From contig NW_003314271.1 of assembly GCF_000143415.4 (NCBI RefSeq), forward strand, positions 3,021,742 through 3,085,741: a stretch of DNA of 64,000 bases, read 5' to 3'. The notes beneath the pieces are model-generated. The model saw nothing but the letters and a program-made list of their open reading frames with translations, ran no database searches and was not told the DNA's origin. Shown in pieces: positions 25,001 through 38,497 of the stretch. The stretch's first letter is position 1, and the number at the start of each line of letters is the position of its first letter. Origin of the DNA: Selaginella moellendorffii. Its lineage: Eukaryota; Plantae; Lycopodiophyta. The position numbers and the translations under genes were made by a program.

Positions 25001-28000
25001 AGTGTAGAGACCAAGGATACAGTCATATGAGGAGGTAGTCCCAGAGGACCGAGGGACTTAGTGGTCGGGCTTGTGGGCCTTGATCCAGTGGCAGTGTTGG
25101 TGAACACGGCCATGGACAAAAAGGGATTTAGTAGGGACTGGAAAAGGGATATTGGGGAAGGCTAATCCCCATGTCTGTGGGCATCCTAAGGATGCTAAGG
25201 AGTGGATCAGGGATGATCACTCATGGATGGATGGCCCAGTCTTTGAGAGATGGGACTGTGATGCAGGTGGTGTTAGACCACCTATGTGACCAAGGTGAAG
25301 GGGCATGGCCTTAGCATAACAGGCTGATATGTTGATGGTACCTTGGGGTGTCGGTTATGGGATCGGACATGTGGAGCACTTGGACCAAGTGCAAAGGTTA
25401 AGTGGCGGGGATGCCATTCTCAGAGCTAGCAAGCCCAAGTCCAAAATATGACTTATGGAGGTTGTGAGTGAGACTCCTCCAAGTGGTTGGAGGTATGGTT
25501 AAGTGACTAAAGTAGAATGGAAAATTTTATTCCCTTACATTAGCCTCAGGAGGTAAGAAAATAATAATACATACATTTTAATAATATCTCTCTCACATTC
25601 AGTTTTATTTAGGATGAAATCTTAGATGTGTGAATCTCAAGAGGGGAAATTCTAGTAAAAAATTGACTTTATCCTTAAACTAAAATGGACCTATCTCTAT
25701 AAGTTTATTTATAGGAGTTTATTTCTAGATCAAGTCGTTAGTGAGCAGAAGCATCTCTTCGTCTTCAAAATATCTACCATAAGCCCTACCTCTAGTGTGA
25801 TCTTGCCTCTTGAATGCATATGTTTGGGTTGAGTGACCTTGCTAATGCATGGGTACATTATGGCTATATGGTTGGATAACCATGGGAGCTCATGTGTATG
25901 ATCCGAGGTAATTATTCTTTCTCATTGTCTTAAAATGGTTTAAATATTGCTCTTTTCAAAGGTTACGTTCTAATTTGACAATTGCAATAGCAAAGTTTAA
26001 AGTACAAGACCAAATGGCCTAGGAAATATTTTGGAAGTCCCTCTCTAATATTGTACTAAAGCAGATTGGTAAGCATGCCAACTTTCATGGTTTTATACCA
26101 AATAGGGTTAGGGCTAATTGGAATGGCATTCAAGTAGTTTTTTGGGAATGGTCAACCCATAAAAGGTCATAAGAGGACTTGTGAGTTCCATTGGGCTTAG
26201 AGCTTAAACCAGCATTATCAAGCTAAGTTTCTAATTAGCATTTAAGGAGTTTTGTAAACAATTGTAGGTTACACTTTCTAAGAAGAGCATAAGGCAAAAA
26301 CAAATAAGATCTGAATATGGTGGTGTGAAGATGGCCATGTGGACATAAGTTGTCTACTACAGCTTAAGTCGTGGTTGGGGTAGTGAGAAGTTAGGATGTT
26401 TCAATGGGGACATCACTCTCTTCAGGTTGGTTTTTATTTTTTCTTCTCTTTTTATTGCCTTTTAATATCATCTTTTTCATTATGACCAACCACTTGAGGA
26501 TCTTACATATACCCCAACTGTGAATCTCTTAGAGAGTAAGTATTCGAGCTGGCATTCCTTTGAGGTAGGGAAAGGGAAGATAAGTCCACTAGCACAAATA
26601 GTGGCAATTGCAGTGGCATCTATGGAGTACACTCTCTGAGTTTCTATTGGTGACATGAAGACTGCCTGCTCAAAGCGTCATTTTTCCTTTGCTAGTAAAG
26701 AAGTTGGCATAGATCTTGGAGCATAAAAGCTCTCATATGTTTGATATTGAGTACCATTCTATTCCAAGATATTGCTCTCAGACCAAGCCATTTCAAGTGG
26801 CTAATGAAGAGAGTGCATCACACTAAGTTGAAATCGCTGAAGCCAAAGCAATGGGCAATCTATCAAATGCTAGCAAAATTCAATGTAATGTGTGTGGGAA
26901 TGATTTTGCAAGGCAAGTGTTGGGCCTAGATCTATGGTGATAAGTTTGCTTCTATTCTAACCCTATGTTTCTATAGGGAATGAAAGCAAACAAGATTTTC
27001 AAGATGGTATTGACTATATTGCTGCAACACTGATACCAAACATACAAAGCGGCTTGAAGACACTATAGTGACTAAACTTAATGCAATACCTAAAGAATGG
27101 CCTGTTGCTAATGGGGTTGCACTCACTTTAGATGAGATTGAAAACTTTGAAAAATCTGGTTTCAATGTTGAAAGGAGAGTTGGAGACATGAGTGACAGAA
27201 CTAAGACTATTCCCATAAAGATGCACAAGAGGCCAACAAGAACAGGTAAGGTAGTTAAATTTATTGGTACCGTCTTTAAGCAGAAATAGAGTAAAATAAG
27301 TTTGGCTCAAACACTTGAATGTGAGATTCTTTCCGCGAAGTACATCACTACATTTGCAAAGGAGTATATAGTTAAAACAAAAGGTGGAGAGCATACAATC
27401 ATCATTCAATCCTTCATACCATCATACTGATCATTGCTATTGTTTTCACCGGAAGCTAGAAAATATATAGGACATTTTTTGAAAGTCATGGAATTGTAAT
27501 TTTCTAAAACAAGTAGGAGAGCATTCTTTCTCACTTAATATGTTGCACCCTCTGTGATTGCATTTATCTCCAACTTGTGATCACTATCTTCACTATCCTC
27601 TCTTTCTTTCTCTTATATGGTCTTGTTATGTTGTGCAATGGGATGACTATTGTAGGTTTTAACCTTTGAATTACTACTTTGGGAAGAAAGATTGCAAAAG
27701 TTAAAATTATTAACATTAAAACCTAGAAACGTTTATTTGTATTTCCCTTTCTTCAAATAAAAGTGCAAATGAAGATCCATAAATTCTGGATATTATACTA
27801 TGATAAACATCTTAAGAATGTACTCTAAAAAAAAACCAAGTCTCTCTTTTATACGCAGCAAGCTTATATTAATGGTTGTTTTTATTTTTCTTTCAAACAT
27901 ATATATGGCCTTACATAGAATTTTATTTCAAATTTAATAATTTTTAAATTTTGACAAACCTAACATTTTCTAGCAAGAAAGCATAGAGTATAAATTTAAG

Positions 28001-28251
28001 AAAGTGATAAGGATACTTTTTCTGCAAACATCTTAGTTTATATTCTAATAAACATCTCTATTATAGCATGTAATAAATATTTAAATTGTTAGAACAAGAA
28101 GTGTCCTTTAGAACATTTTTATCTATATAATATATAGAAAGTTGTAAAAATACGATAACCTTAATATTTTAAAGTTTATAATATTTGCACTAAATTATAA
28201 TTAAAAATTGAGCTAAACTCTTTAATTCATGAGCTCAAGAGTGGTCTACTC

Positions 28252-30360
28252 TAGATAATGCCAAGGGACTAAGTCTTTATAGAATGATAGATGGGAGGTG
28301 TTATGTAATATTCAGGATTTTGAAAAGCTAAAAATAGGAGAAGTCTATTTATCTGAATTGGATAAATCCAAAAAGATTTTGGCAAAGCTAGTGTGAGCAT
28401 ACAGAGACCTATGAGTAGCAACATTAACTTTGGTATGTAAGATTACAAAGTGAGCATATCCAAATTGAGGAACCACTCCCTAGGCTATTGGGTAAGTTCA
28501 TCTTTAAAAATTATTTGCTAAGCTATTGTAGAAAGTCAAGCTACCCTCCCAGCTTAAAGGAGAATAACCAAAAAGAATATGTAAAGCTAAAAGCAAATAA
28601 TAAAAGGATAAAACTAAACTATAGAAATTGAAAGGCATACCTAAAGGTGGTTATACAAGTTATGAGTGAAGAATCAAGTGGGTGTTTGAAAATATTACTA
28701 CTAATAACTGTGGTGCTATGATAAATTTAAAATATGGAACTGCCTATGTTAAAATATATGGTAGTTAGGAAGCTTATGAAAAGAAAAGCTTTAGCAAGCT
28801 AAGAAATATAATCCCCTTAATGTTCCCAAAGACAATTTTGGGTAGGTAAGTATTTAGAAAAACAAATGTAATAGAAATGTGCAAAATCAAAGTGGAGTAA
28901 CAGTGGCCTTAAAGTTTGCCATGAAGCAAGGTCATCAAGGTTGGGGAAATAGTTCTTGAGTGTTTAAAGAGATGGCTTTTGTAGCACATGTGGTTTTTAC
29001 CCTTTATCCTATGGTAATTTACCATAGGATAACCACGAAGCAGAACCTAAACCCTCCATGTGCCACATGTCATATGCTACGTGTCCAAAGAACAGTGGTT
29101 TGGAACTCAAGTTTTAGGGCCTTGGGCCACTGAATGAAGGAACGGTGCCAAACTCCCAAACATGGAGCCAAGGAGCAATGGCACTAGAGCACGGAATGAT
29201 TCCTAAGTGTACAGCCCAAGGAGCAAAGGGACAGGAGCACGGAGTGACTTGGAACAGTCCTAGAGTATCTAGGATCCTAATGTCAGAACTAGTACACAAA
29301 ATAGAGCCAAACGGAGTCTGGTGCTATTTTAGCATACCGGTGGCCTAACGCAAGGACATGGGTACTCCACTAGTTATCATGGTGTGGAGCTTGGGCTTAG
29401 ACCCAAGCCGGATGTAGAACAAAGATAGACACGCAAGCGAGAGCTAAACTATGCCTTAGGTTGGTCAGCCATGCCCAACTTACCCACTATCCCTACTATA
29501 CATTTGGATCCCCCCATATCCCCCCCCTCCCCCCCCCCCCCGCTTCCCCCTCCCCAGTGGGGAACCCCAGTGAGGAACACATGCTTTGGGCTTTCACCCC
29601 AAGCCTCCCTTAGTACCAAGAGTTAGTTTTTGGGACAAGCTCGAAACTATCTAAATATGGAATGTCCTTAGATTGTGAATTTGGACACAAGACAAACACC
29701 ATTGTGTTCAGGACAATCTCTACATTTTGTAGATATGCCAAATGAGCAAATCTAGATACTTTTTATAAATAGCATTTGGGACTGAAATGAAACTAACATA
29801 AAGTGAGGGTGTTTGGCAGACACGGTAAGCTATCATCCAGCGATATTAAGGGACTAGTCTCAATATGTGAGGGTTCTTGTCAAGCTAATGCAAGACATAG
29901 CAAAAGAGAACTAAAAAGCCAGGCCAAATATGCTTGGCTAAATAGATATTTAGGAATTCCATCCTTATGCTCATCCAGCCAAGTATAGATGCAAAATTCA
30001 ATTTACTAACACTTGAATAAGAGGGGTTGATAAAGGGTCTAGCAATACCGACCTCTTGCCATCGTGGCAGTAAGAAAAGATTATCTGAAAGGACAGCCGA
30101 CTTATATAACTTTTAACACCTGAAATCACATTCACGACATCTTTGAACGAAAGTTAATGTTTGAGGACTTTCACGCTTATGTATAAAACTATGTTTCACT
30201 GATTATATGACTTACTAAGTGAGATTGGGAAGTTAGATGAACAAGTTAGATAACAAGATTGGTTTAAGGTTCAATCAAATTGGGTTTTATTGAAAGTGTT
30301 GACTTCAAAAGAGGTGGCCATAAGGCCAAGTATGAAGGACTCTATATATGATTATAGGCT
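28252..30360 (+). mobile_element. Decayed family B internal fragment, interrupted by a solo LTR
   Basis: Collinear with ~19850-20560. Confidence 0.7.
28980..30139 (-). mobile_element. Solo LTR, family A
   Basis: TGT..ACA termini; TSD GCTTT/TCTTT. Confidence 0.85.
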
Positions 30361-30364
30361 AATT

Positions 30365-30662
30365 TGTACCGCACCTGAATTTGGAGTTAAACTCCATGCT
30401 TGTTGTGCTACAAAACAAGGGTCCAGTACAATCCTACTAGTACTAACTCCCCATATTCAGCTCCTGCATGCAAAATAGTATCAATCAGTGTTTGGCATAA
30501 TTTTTGCATACCAATGGCCTAATGTGAGGAGGAAGGCACTCCACTAACTAGAGCAACATGGAGCTTAAAGTTAGATCCAAGCTAGATGCAAAACAAAAAG
30601 CAACATAGCTTTGCAAAAGCTAAATTAATGTTTCAAGTGGTTGAATATGCATTCGAACCACT
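30365..30662 (-). mobile_element. Partial family A variant LTR
   Basis: Homologous to 20562-20860. Confidence 0.75.
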
Positions 30663-33600
30663 TATAAGCGACTAATTTTTCATTCTACTTTAGTCACTTA
30701 ACCACACCTCTGACCACTTGAAGGAGTCTCACTCACAACCTCCATAAATCCTATTTTGGACTTAGGGACTTGTAAGCTCTAAAAATGGCATCTATGCCAC
30801 TTAACCTTTGCACTTGGTTCAAGTGTTCCACGTGTCCAATTCCATGATCAACACCCAAAGGTACCACTAACATATCAACCCATTATGCTAAGGCCATGCC
30901 CATTCACCTTGTCACACTAGTGATCCAACACCATCTACATCATAATCTATCTCTCAAAGACTGAGCCATCCATCTATGGATGATCATCCTAAATCCATTC
31001 CTTAGCATCCTTAGGATCCCTGTAGACATGGGGAACAACCTTCTTCAATATCCCTTTTTTAGTCCCCACCTAGTCCCTTTTTGTCCATGGCCGTATTCAC
31101 CAACACTACCACTAGGTCAAGGCCCATAAGCCCAACCATTAAGTCCTACTGTCCTCTGGGACTTCCTCATGATGTGACCGTGTCCTTAGTCACTACACCA
31201 AAGGACTACTCCTCTTCCTTTCCACAGTCTGGGACTTTGGGACAACATTTTGGAACACCATAGCCCTATGCAAGCCTTATGAGTACTATCCCCACCTTCC
31301 GCTTTTAGGTGCTCTAGCCATGGGGCTAGAGCAAGGTTTCATTAAGCCACATTAGGTATCCAAGTAGATAGTGCCACCCACGCTTAGACTGGGAGCATCG
31401 ACTATTTGATCTTCTGGGGGAGTTAGAGTCAACTCTTGAACACTTCACCAAGCTACCTCGCTTGTCTATTCATATTCACTCTAGCCTTGGACTTCCCAAT
31501 AGTTATATCATCACCCAACACATGGGTATAGTCTTCCTGGGCCCCACTAGCCTTTCCTGGCCAAACTAGTTCCACTGGAGTCCAACCCCCACCCTCTCCC
31601 TATTATACTTTTGGAACCCCCTCATCCCCCCCTACACCCCCAGGGGACGATCGCTTTGGGCTTTCACCAAACAGTCTGTATTATTATTTAGACTCGGATT
31701 CGGACTCAGACTCGAACTCGGACTTGGTCTTAGTCTTGGACTTGGACTCCGTTTTAGTCTCAAACTCCATCTCGGACTTCATTTTAGGTCCATCTCAGAC
31801 TCCATCTCGGGTCCATCTCGGACACCATCTCGGGTCCATCTTGGACTTCATCTCAGACTCCATCTTGGATTCCATCTCAGATTCCATCTTGGGTCCATCT
31901 AGACACTTTCACATGTCATGTGTTGGTCCTTTTATGTCCCTTTTTTAGAGACTCACTTATTGCTTGATTTGAGCTCATTCTTTAAGCTCTTCGTTAGGAG
32001 TTCCACTCCCGCTCTAGACTTTTCAAGTTGAAGCTTTTAGTCCAAACGTGTTACACTTGTTTGGCTTCCACTTTAACCACTACCACGTGACACTCTTTCA
32101 GCTCCACTTTTGGGGCTCTGGGATTTGTGTCTCACAACTCCACCACCCATAGATGAAGTTCAATGTCCTCATTGAATGATAAACCATTTTATAAAGTAAC
32201 CCCATCATGGATTACTACTTTTCATCCTTGGCACCTAGACAATATTTGTCAATAGTTCGACACCAAAAGCTCACCATGCCTTGTTCATCCTCTAAGGAGC
32301 ATAGTCCCTCCAACTTAGATACTTATTAAACCACTTGGTCCTTCCCCTTTTGCTCATTTGGTTCATGCTAAATTCGTTAGAAACACCTTCTTTATTTCAA
32401 TTTGACTACTCATTCAAGAGTAACCTCGGCCTCCACCAGCATAACTATTGCATTTTGGAACTTTTAATTTTGACTTCTCAAAGATAATTTCTTAGGTGTC
32501 TCTAACACCTTGCATTGCATGTGTTGTGCAAATTCCATTTCCCTATTTTAGGAAGTTATTTACTTGAGGGTACTATCATCCTTTTTCCTATTTCGTGCCA
32601 CTCCAAGCACTAAATTCCATTTTTCCATAATTTGCGTTAGGGCTATCCATGGCTTTACCATTTAGCTACCTTGCCACTCCCTCCCTTAGACTTTTCACCT
32701 TTGCCAAATTAGAGCATTTGGGAATCCATCTTTGAAAACATATTCTCTTTCCCATGATCTATTAACATTCAACACATAAATGTTCCTTGCTCAACTTTGT
32801 TGTTTAGATTTCTTCCAATAATTCTTATGGCCCAAACTTGGCCATCAATCTTTTGTTCGTATCCTTTGATTGTTGTACCAAGCAACACAAGTTCACTACC
32901 TCTATCCTCAAGGTATCTTTTTGGTTTCATAGCAAAGGCTCTATTTTGTTAAGTCTAGGGGGTGTTCACCCTTAGTGAGTCTTCTTAATATTTTCTACTC
33001 TGAGTTCTCTCCATGGCTCAACCTTGTGACCCACCCATAGGTCCTTCTTTAGAAACTATTTTCTTGAACTTATAATACCATTGTATTATTGTAGTTTATT
33101 TCTCTTAGATGTTCTTCCACTTGACCAAGCCACACCATTATCAATAGTTTAAATCAACACTTTGAATTAAACCTCATAAAGGCCTTGTCCTTGTTTAACC
33201 ATAAGACCACCTAATGATGTAATATTGACACCTTAATAGGTTTGCCAATAGATACTAGATCTTCCAAACCTTTAATTTGTTGACCATGACCCTAAGGGCA
33301 TCCCCCACACTTGGTGGTGCGCCCAAGCTAGCCCCTCTGGCCAAGGGTCCATAGCAATTAAGATTGGGTGTCCCCATCTTATTCACCACGTCTTTGGTGC
33401 CATTTGCACCAAAGTGTTCAAAATTACATATGTCAAAATTTCATACTAAACAATCTAACCGTGCATCATGACTTTGGGGCATCCTTTGCTTGGCAGTGTG
33501 CCCAAGCTAGTCTCCTTACTGAGAGTCCATGACCACCAAAAAATGAGTGTTCTCATATTCTAAACCATCACCACGTCATAGTGAGCACCACGTCATAGTT

Positions 33601-33699
33601 AGTTGAGATTCGAACCCAAGCACTAAAGGGTACTCAAACTTAACCCTTATGTTGCCTTTTTAGGTACTAATCTACCTAGAATTGTCTTTGGGAACTTTA

Positions 33700-34292
33700 T
33701 GTAAGCTCTTGAGTTTGGACTTCCCAGGAAGTCACCCAGCCCAGTACTATTCCAACCCAAGGACGCTTAACTCCAACTATCCCAAGACCCTTAACCGATT
33801 GGAAAAGAGGGTGCACTCTTATTCATGGGCCCTTTCCCTCTATATTTGAACCCCATGGACCGTCTCTCGAGTCGTTCCCTTTGGTTGCTTACAATCCACC
33901 ACGCTTCCCTGTAAGTTCACGCCCTCGTGAACGGAAGCTGAGAGCCGCAGCTCTCCCGAGAGCCCCGCTCTCTTGACACCCTACCCCTCGGGTCGAGCCC
34001 AGCGGGAACAAACTGGACCAGCCAGATGTCAATCAACATGTGGTGTGATTCCCTTAGCCAACCAACAGAGTCGGACCCGAGACCGCTCCGATACCAAATG
34101 TAAGCTCCTGAGTTTGGACTTCCCGGGAGGTCACCTAGCCGGGTACTATTCCAACCCAAGGACGCTTAACTCTAACTATCCCAAGACCCTTAACCGATTG
34201 GAAAAGGGAGTGCACTCTTATTCATGGGCCCTTTCCCTCTATATTTAAACCCCATGGACCGTCTCTCGAGTCGTTCCCTTTGGTTGCTTACA
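33700..34292 (-). mobile_element. Cassandra-type TRIM with 5S rRNA-derived sequence in the LTRs
   Basis: 194-bp LTRs at 33700-33893 and 34099-34292. PBS tggtatcggagc, PPT gggaagcgtggtgga, perfect TSD CTTTA. Minus strand reads agttaagcgtccttggg..tagtac..ggtgacctcccgggaagtcc, matching the 5S internal promoter region. Confidence 0.93.
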
Positions 34293-35651
34293 CTTTAAAA
34301 GAACTCTATCCTTTAGCTTGCTAAGGTTTTTTCTTTTGCAAGATTTTTAATTGGTATATAGTCTAACATAGACAATTCCATATTTTAGACTCTCCATGAC
34401 ATCACAATTGCTAATAACAACACATTCGAGCACCCACTTGATTCTCCACTCCTAACCTGTATAATCACCTTTAATTATGCCCTTCAATTTATATGGTTTA
34501 GTTTTGTCCCTATACTACTTACTTTTTGGCTTTATGCCTTCCTTTTTGTTATTCTCCTCCCATCTAAAAGGGTAGTTTTGCACTTTCTACCATGCCTTAG
34601 TAAGTATCCTTAGTGATGAACTTACTTATTAACTTAGGGAGTGGTTCTTCAATCTGGATATACTCACCATGTAATCCCACACACCGAGATTAACGTTGTT
34701 ATGCATGGGCCTCTTTATGCCCATTGCTAACCATATTAAAAATGCCCATTGCTAACCATATTAAAATCCCTTTTTTGGCTTTGTTCAATTCAGATAAATG
34801 AACTTCTCCCATCTTCGCAACCTTGGATGTTAGATAACACCTCTTATTCATTATTCGCTAGGGATTTAATCCCTTGGGCCTTATCTAATGCCTTTATGAT
34901 TTTGAACATTACTCTCTGGTGTTTTAAAGTGTTTTAGTAACCCAATGATGACCTTCTTTAACAATGAGTATTTCCTTTTTCGACATTGACTTACTATACC
35001 TCAACACAAAAGTAATTTATCCCTCAACGGGGTATATCTAACCTCCTTATCCTAATAAGAAGTATTGGGTGGTTAATTTTTACCAATTTAATCAATTATT
35101 TTGCACTTTTTGCTTAGTTGCTTCATAGTTGTTAAATCCTATAATTTATTGCTGATGCTTCCACATCTTCATCATTACTTGGGTCACCACACTCTAACCG
35201 CATGCCTTACAATTTAGGCTATGCCATTCTCATTTCCATTGGGATTCCTTTGGTAAGTGGTTCTCATGAACCCACCAACTTGACCTCAAGGCATCACACC
35301 TTGGCATATTTGGTGTCTCCACACCATCAGCTCTATCAATATACCTTTATGACACTTCACACTTGTGTTTAGGTCTTTGCCAAGACCAACACAGTTATTT
35401 CTCATGCCAACTATTTGTTAGCACTACATTATAATGTTCATACACAACTTGGATCTTATGCTCCTCCTTGTCCCTCATAGGGTACACCACACCTTAGTCC
35501 AAATGCTTTCATTAGTCCTTTAGGATCATTCCTTGACTCCACTTGAGTCATCCAGCTTTTTGGACTTTGCTAATTTGACGATCTGTAAGGTCCTAGCCTA
35601 ATGGCTATTTTTGAGGTGTTAGTTCACTAGAATATATCTTCTTGTATTCAT

Positions 35652-35980
35652 TGTAAGGAACCAACTCCCCGAGGTGTTGTAGGCTAAAGGATCCTCAAAG
35701 GCATGACCGAAATGATAAAGAGTTCATCGAATGAGACTGAGTCTGAGATCGAGTCCAAAACCAATTCTAAGACTAAATTCGAAACAGAGTCTGGGATCAA
35801 GTCTGACGCCAACTCCAAGACTGAGTTCAAGACCGAGTTCAAGATCGAGTCCGAGACTGAGTTCGAGACTGAGTTTGAGATCGAGTCCAAGATTGAGTTC
35901 GAGACTGAGTTCGAGTCTAAGTTCGAGACCGAGTCTGAGAACGAGTTCAAGACCAAGTCTTGAAATGGAAACTAACTCTA
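35652..35980 (+). repeat. Insertion starting TGTAAG with a 12-bp GAGTTCGAGACT-type tandem array (probable fragment of another LTR)
   Basis: Interrupts B internal sequence; visible tandem periodicity. Confidence 0.55.
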
Positions 35981-38497
35981 ATTCATGAGCACCAGCCTCA
36001 ACTATATGAGGATAATATTGGGACTCCTTTATTGTTTTGGAGTTTATATCTTTCTCGTGATCTCAAGTATAGGTATTTACCACAATTACATTTGTCAATT
36101 TGTTAAATCAAACGCTCATCTGGATCACATCCTCAACTCTCTAAGGAAAATCTTATACTGTTCCTAAGATCTTAAAGTCGTTTTTAAATTGGCCCATTTC
36201 TATCCACCACATTGCTAATATGTTCACTTATAAACTAACGTAAAGAGTCATGCCCTTTCAACATGTTACTCCTCAAGGATAGACTCACTCCTGGGACCTT
36301 CCAATGCCAAGACAAGTGGTGATACTTGACCAACAATAAAAGTCGGACTAAGGAACAACTCTGATACCAAATAGTAAGTGATTAATTTTCCATTCTACTT
36401 TATTCACTTAACCACACCTCTAACCACCTGGAGGAGTCTCACTCACAACTTCTATAAATCTTATTCCAGACTTGGGGAATTGCTAGCTCTGAGAATGGTA
36501 TCCATGCCACTTAACCTTTGCACTTGGTCTAAGTGCTCCACGTGTCCAATCCCATGACTAACACCCAAAGGCCACCGACATATCAACCCGTTACACTAAG
36601 GCCATGCCCATTCACCTTGTTACACTGGTGATCCAACACCATTTACATCACAGTCCCATCTCTCACAGACTGAGCCATCCATCCATGAGTGATCATCCTA
36701 GATCCACTCCTTAGCATCCTTAGGATGCTTGTAAACATAGGGAACAACTTTCCTCAATATCCCTTTTTTGGTCCCCATCTAGTCCCTTTCTATACATGGC
36801 CACGTTCGCCAACACTGCCACTAGATCAAGGCCCACAAGCCCGACCACTAAGTCCCACTATCCTCTGGGACTTCCTCACAATGTGACCATGTCCTTAGTC
36901 ACTACACTAAAGGATTGCTCCTCTTCCTTTCTATAGTCTAGGATTTTGGGACAACATTTTGGAATACAGTGGCCTTACACGAGCCTTATGGGTACTCTCC
37001 CCACCTTCTGCCTTTGGGTGCTCTAGCCATGGGGCTAGAGCAAGGTTCCATTGAGCCACATCAGGTATCCAAGTAGGTAGTGCCACCCATGCTTAGACTG
37101 GGAACATCGACCACTCGATCTCCCGGGGGAGCTAAAGCTGGCTCTTGAACACTTCATCAAGCTACCCAATTTGTCTGTCTGTATTTACTATAACCTTGGA
37201 CTTCCTAGTGGTTATATCATCACCCAACCCAACACATGGGTATAACCTCCCTAGGCCACACTAGCCTTTCTTGGCCAAACTGGTTCCATTGGAGTCCAAC
37301 CCCCACCATCTCCTTACTAAACTTTTGGAACCCCCTGTAGCCCCCCTCCCAAGGGACGATCGCTTTGAGCTTTCACCCAATAACCTGTATTAGTATTCAG
37401 ACTCAGACTCATACTCGGTCTTGGTCTCGGTTCCATCTTGGACTGCATTTCGGACTCTATCTTAGACTCCATCTTGGGTCCATCTTAGACTCCATCTTGG
37501 GTCCATCTTAGACTTCATCTTGGATCCATCTCGGACTTCATCTCGGACTCCATCTCGAATTCTATCTTGGACTCCATCTCGAGTCCATCTTGACACTTTC
37601 ACATGTTATGTGTTGATCCTCTTATGTCCCTTTTCTAGAGACTCACTTATTGCTCTCTTCGAGTTTGTTTCTCGACCCTTCGATTTGAGTTCCACTCCCA
37701 CTCTCGACTTTTCAAGTCAAAGATTTTAATCCAAACATGTTATGCTCGTTTAGCTTCTGCTTCAGCCACTACCACATGACACTCTACTACGGCTCCACTT
37801 TTGGGGCTCTAGGATTTGTGTCCCCCCATCTCTCCCGCCCCCCTTTGAGGAAGAGTGTGGACCATACTTGAGCTCACGAGCTGAAGAGTTGAGCTCACGA
37901 GTTGAGCTCAATTTTCAATTGTAATTTAGTACAAACATTATAAACTTTAAAATTTTAAAGTTATGGCAAACTTAATAATTTCATAACTCTCTATATATTA
38001 TATAGATAAAAATGTTCTAAAGGACACTTCTTGTTCTAATAATTTAAATATTTACTACATGCAATAATAGAGACATTTGTTAGAATATAAAATAAAATGT
38101 TTGCAAAAAGAGTATTCTTGTCACTTCTTTAAATTTGTACTCTGTGCTTTCTAGCTAGTAAATGTCAGGTTCGTCAGAATTTTTAAATTATTAAATTTAA
38201 ATTAAGATTCTATATAAGGCCATATAACCATTTGAAAGGAAAAAAAAACAACTGTGATGGTACATATGCTCTCACAATACATTGTAACATCATACACCCG
38301 AAAGACTATCACGAAATATTTTTTGAGAAGGTAAAGACAAAAATAGAGACTCACAAATACTATGGGTAGTATTGCGAAAAGAACCTCACAAGTATATGAA
38401 ATGAAAAGTGAAATAATAAAAATATTTTTATTAATTATATAAGGTATAATTAGTTTATATTATTGATAGAGAATAAACATTGATAGTGCTGGAAAAT

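Larger units (their letters stand above)
16672..25539 (+). mobile_element. Full-structure non-autonomous LTR retrotransposon, family B (LARD-like)
   Basis: LTRs 16672-18402 and 23783-25539 (TGT..ACA). PBS-like tagtatcgaa after the 5' LTR; PPT gggtggtggag before the 3' LTR. TSD TTACC/TTAGC. No gag/pol ORF visible. Confidence 0.9.
16400..28251 (+). mobile_element. Decayed 5'-truncated MULE copy (16400-16671 plus 25540-28251), split by the family B element
   Basis: Transposase sequence ...gtgcaacctgcaa|ttagcctcaggaggt... continues across the insertion. Terminus gagctcaagagtggtctactc at ~28251. Confidence 0.85.
30663..37822 (-). mobile_element. Older family B LTR element
   Basis: 3' LTR 30663-32136 with adjacent PPT. 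PBS (rc tggtatcagag) at 36359-36369. 5' LTR 36373-37822. Non-coding internal region with insertions. Confidence 0.85.

Noticed and set aside
33717-33772. 5S rRNA gene
   Set aside because: Only the internal promoter segment is present, and it lies within TRIM LTRs.
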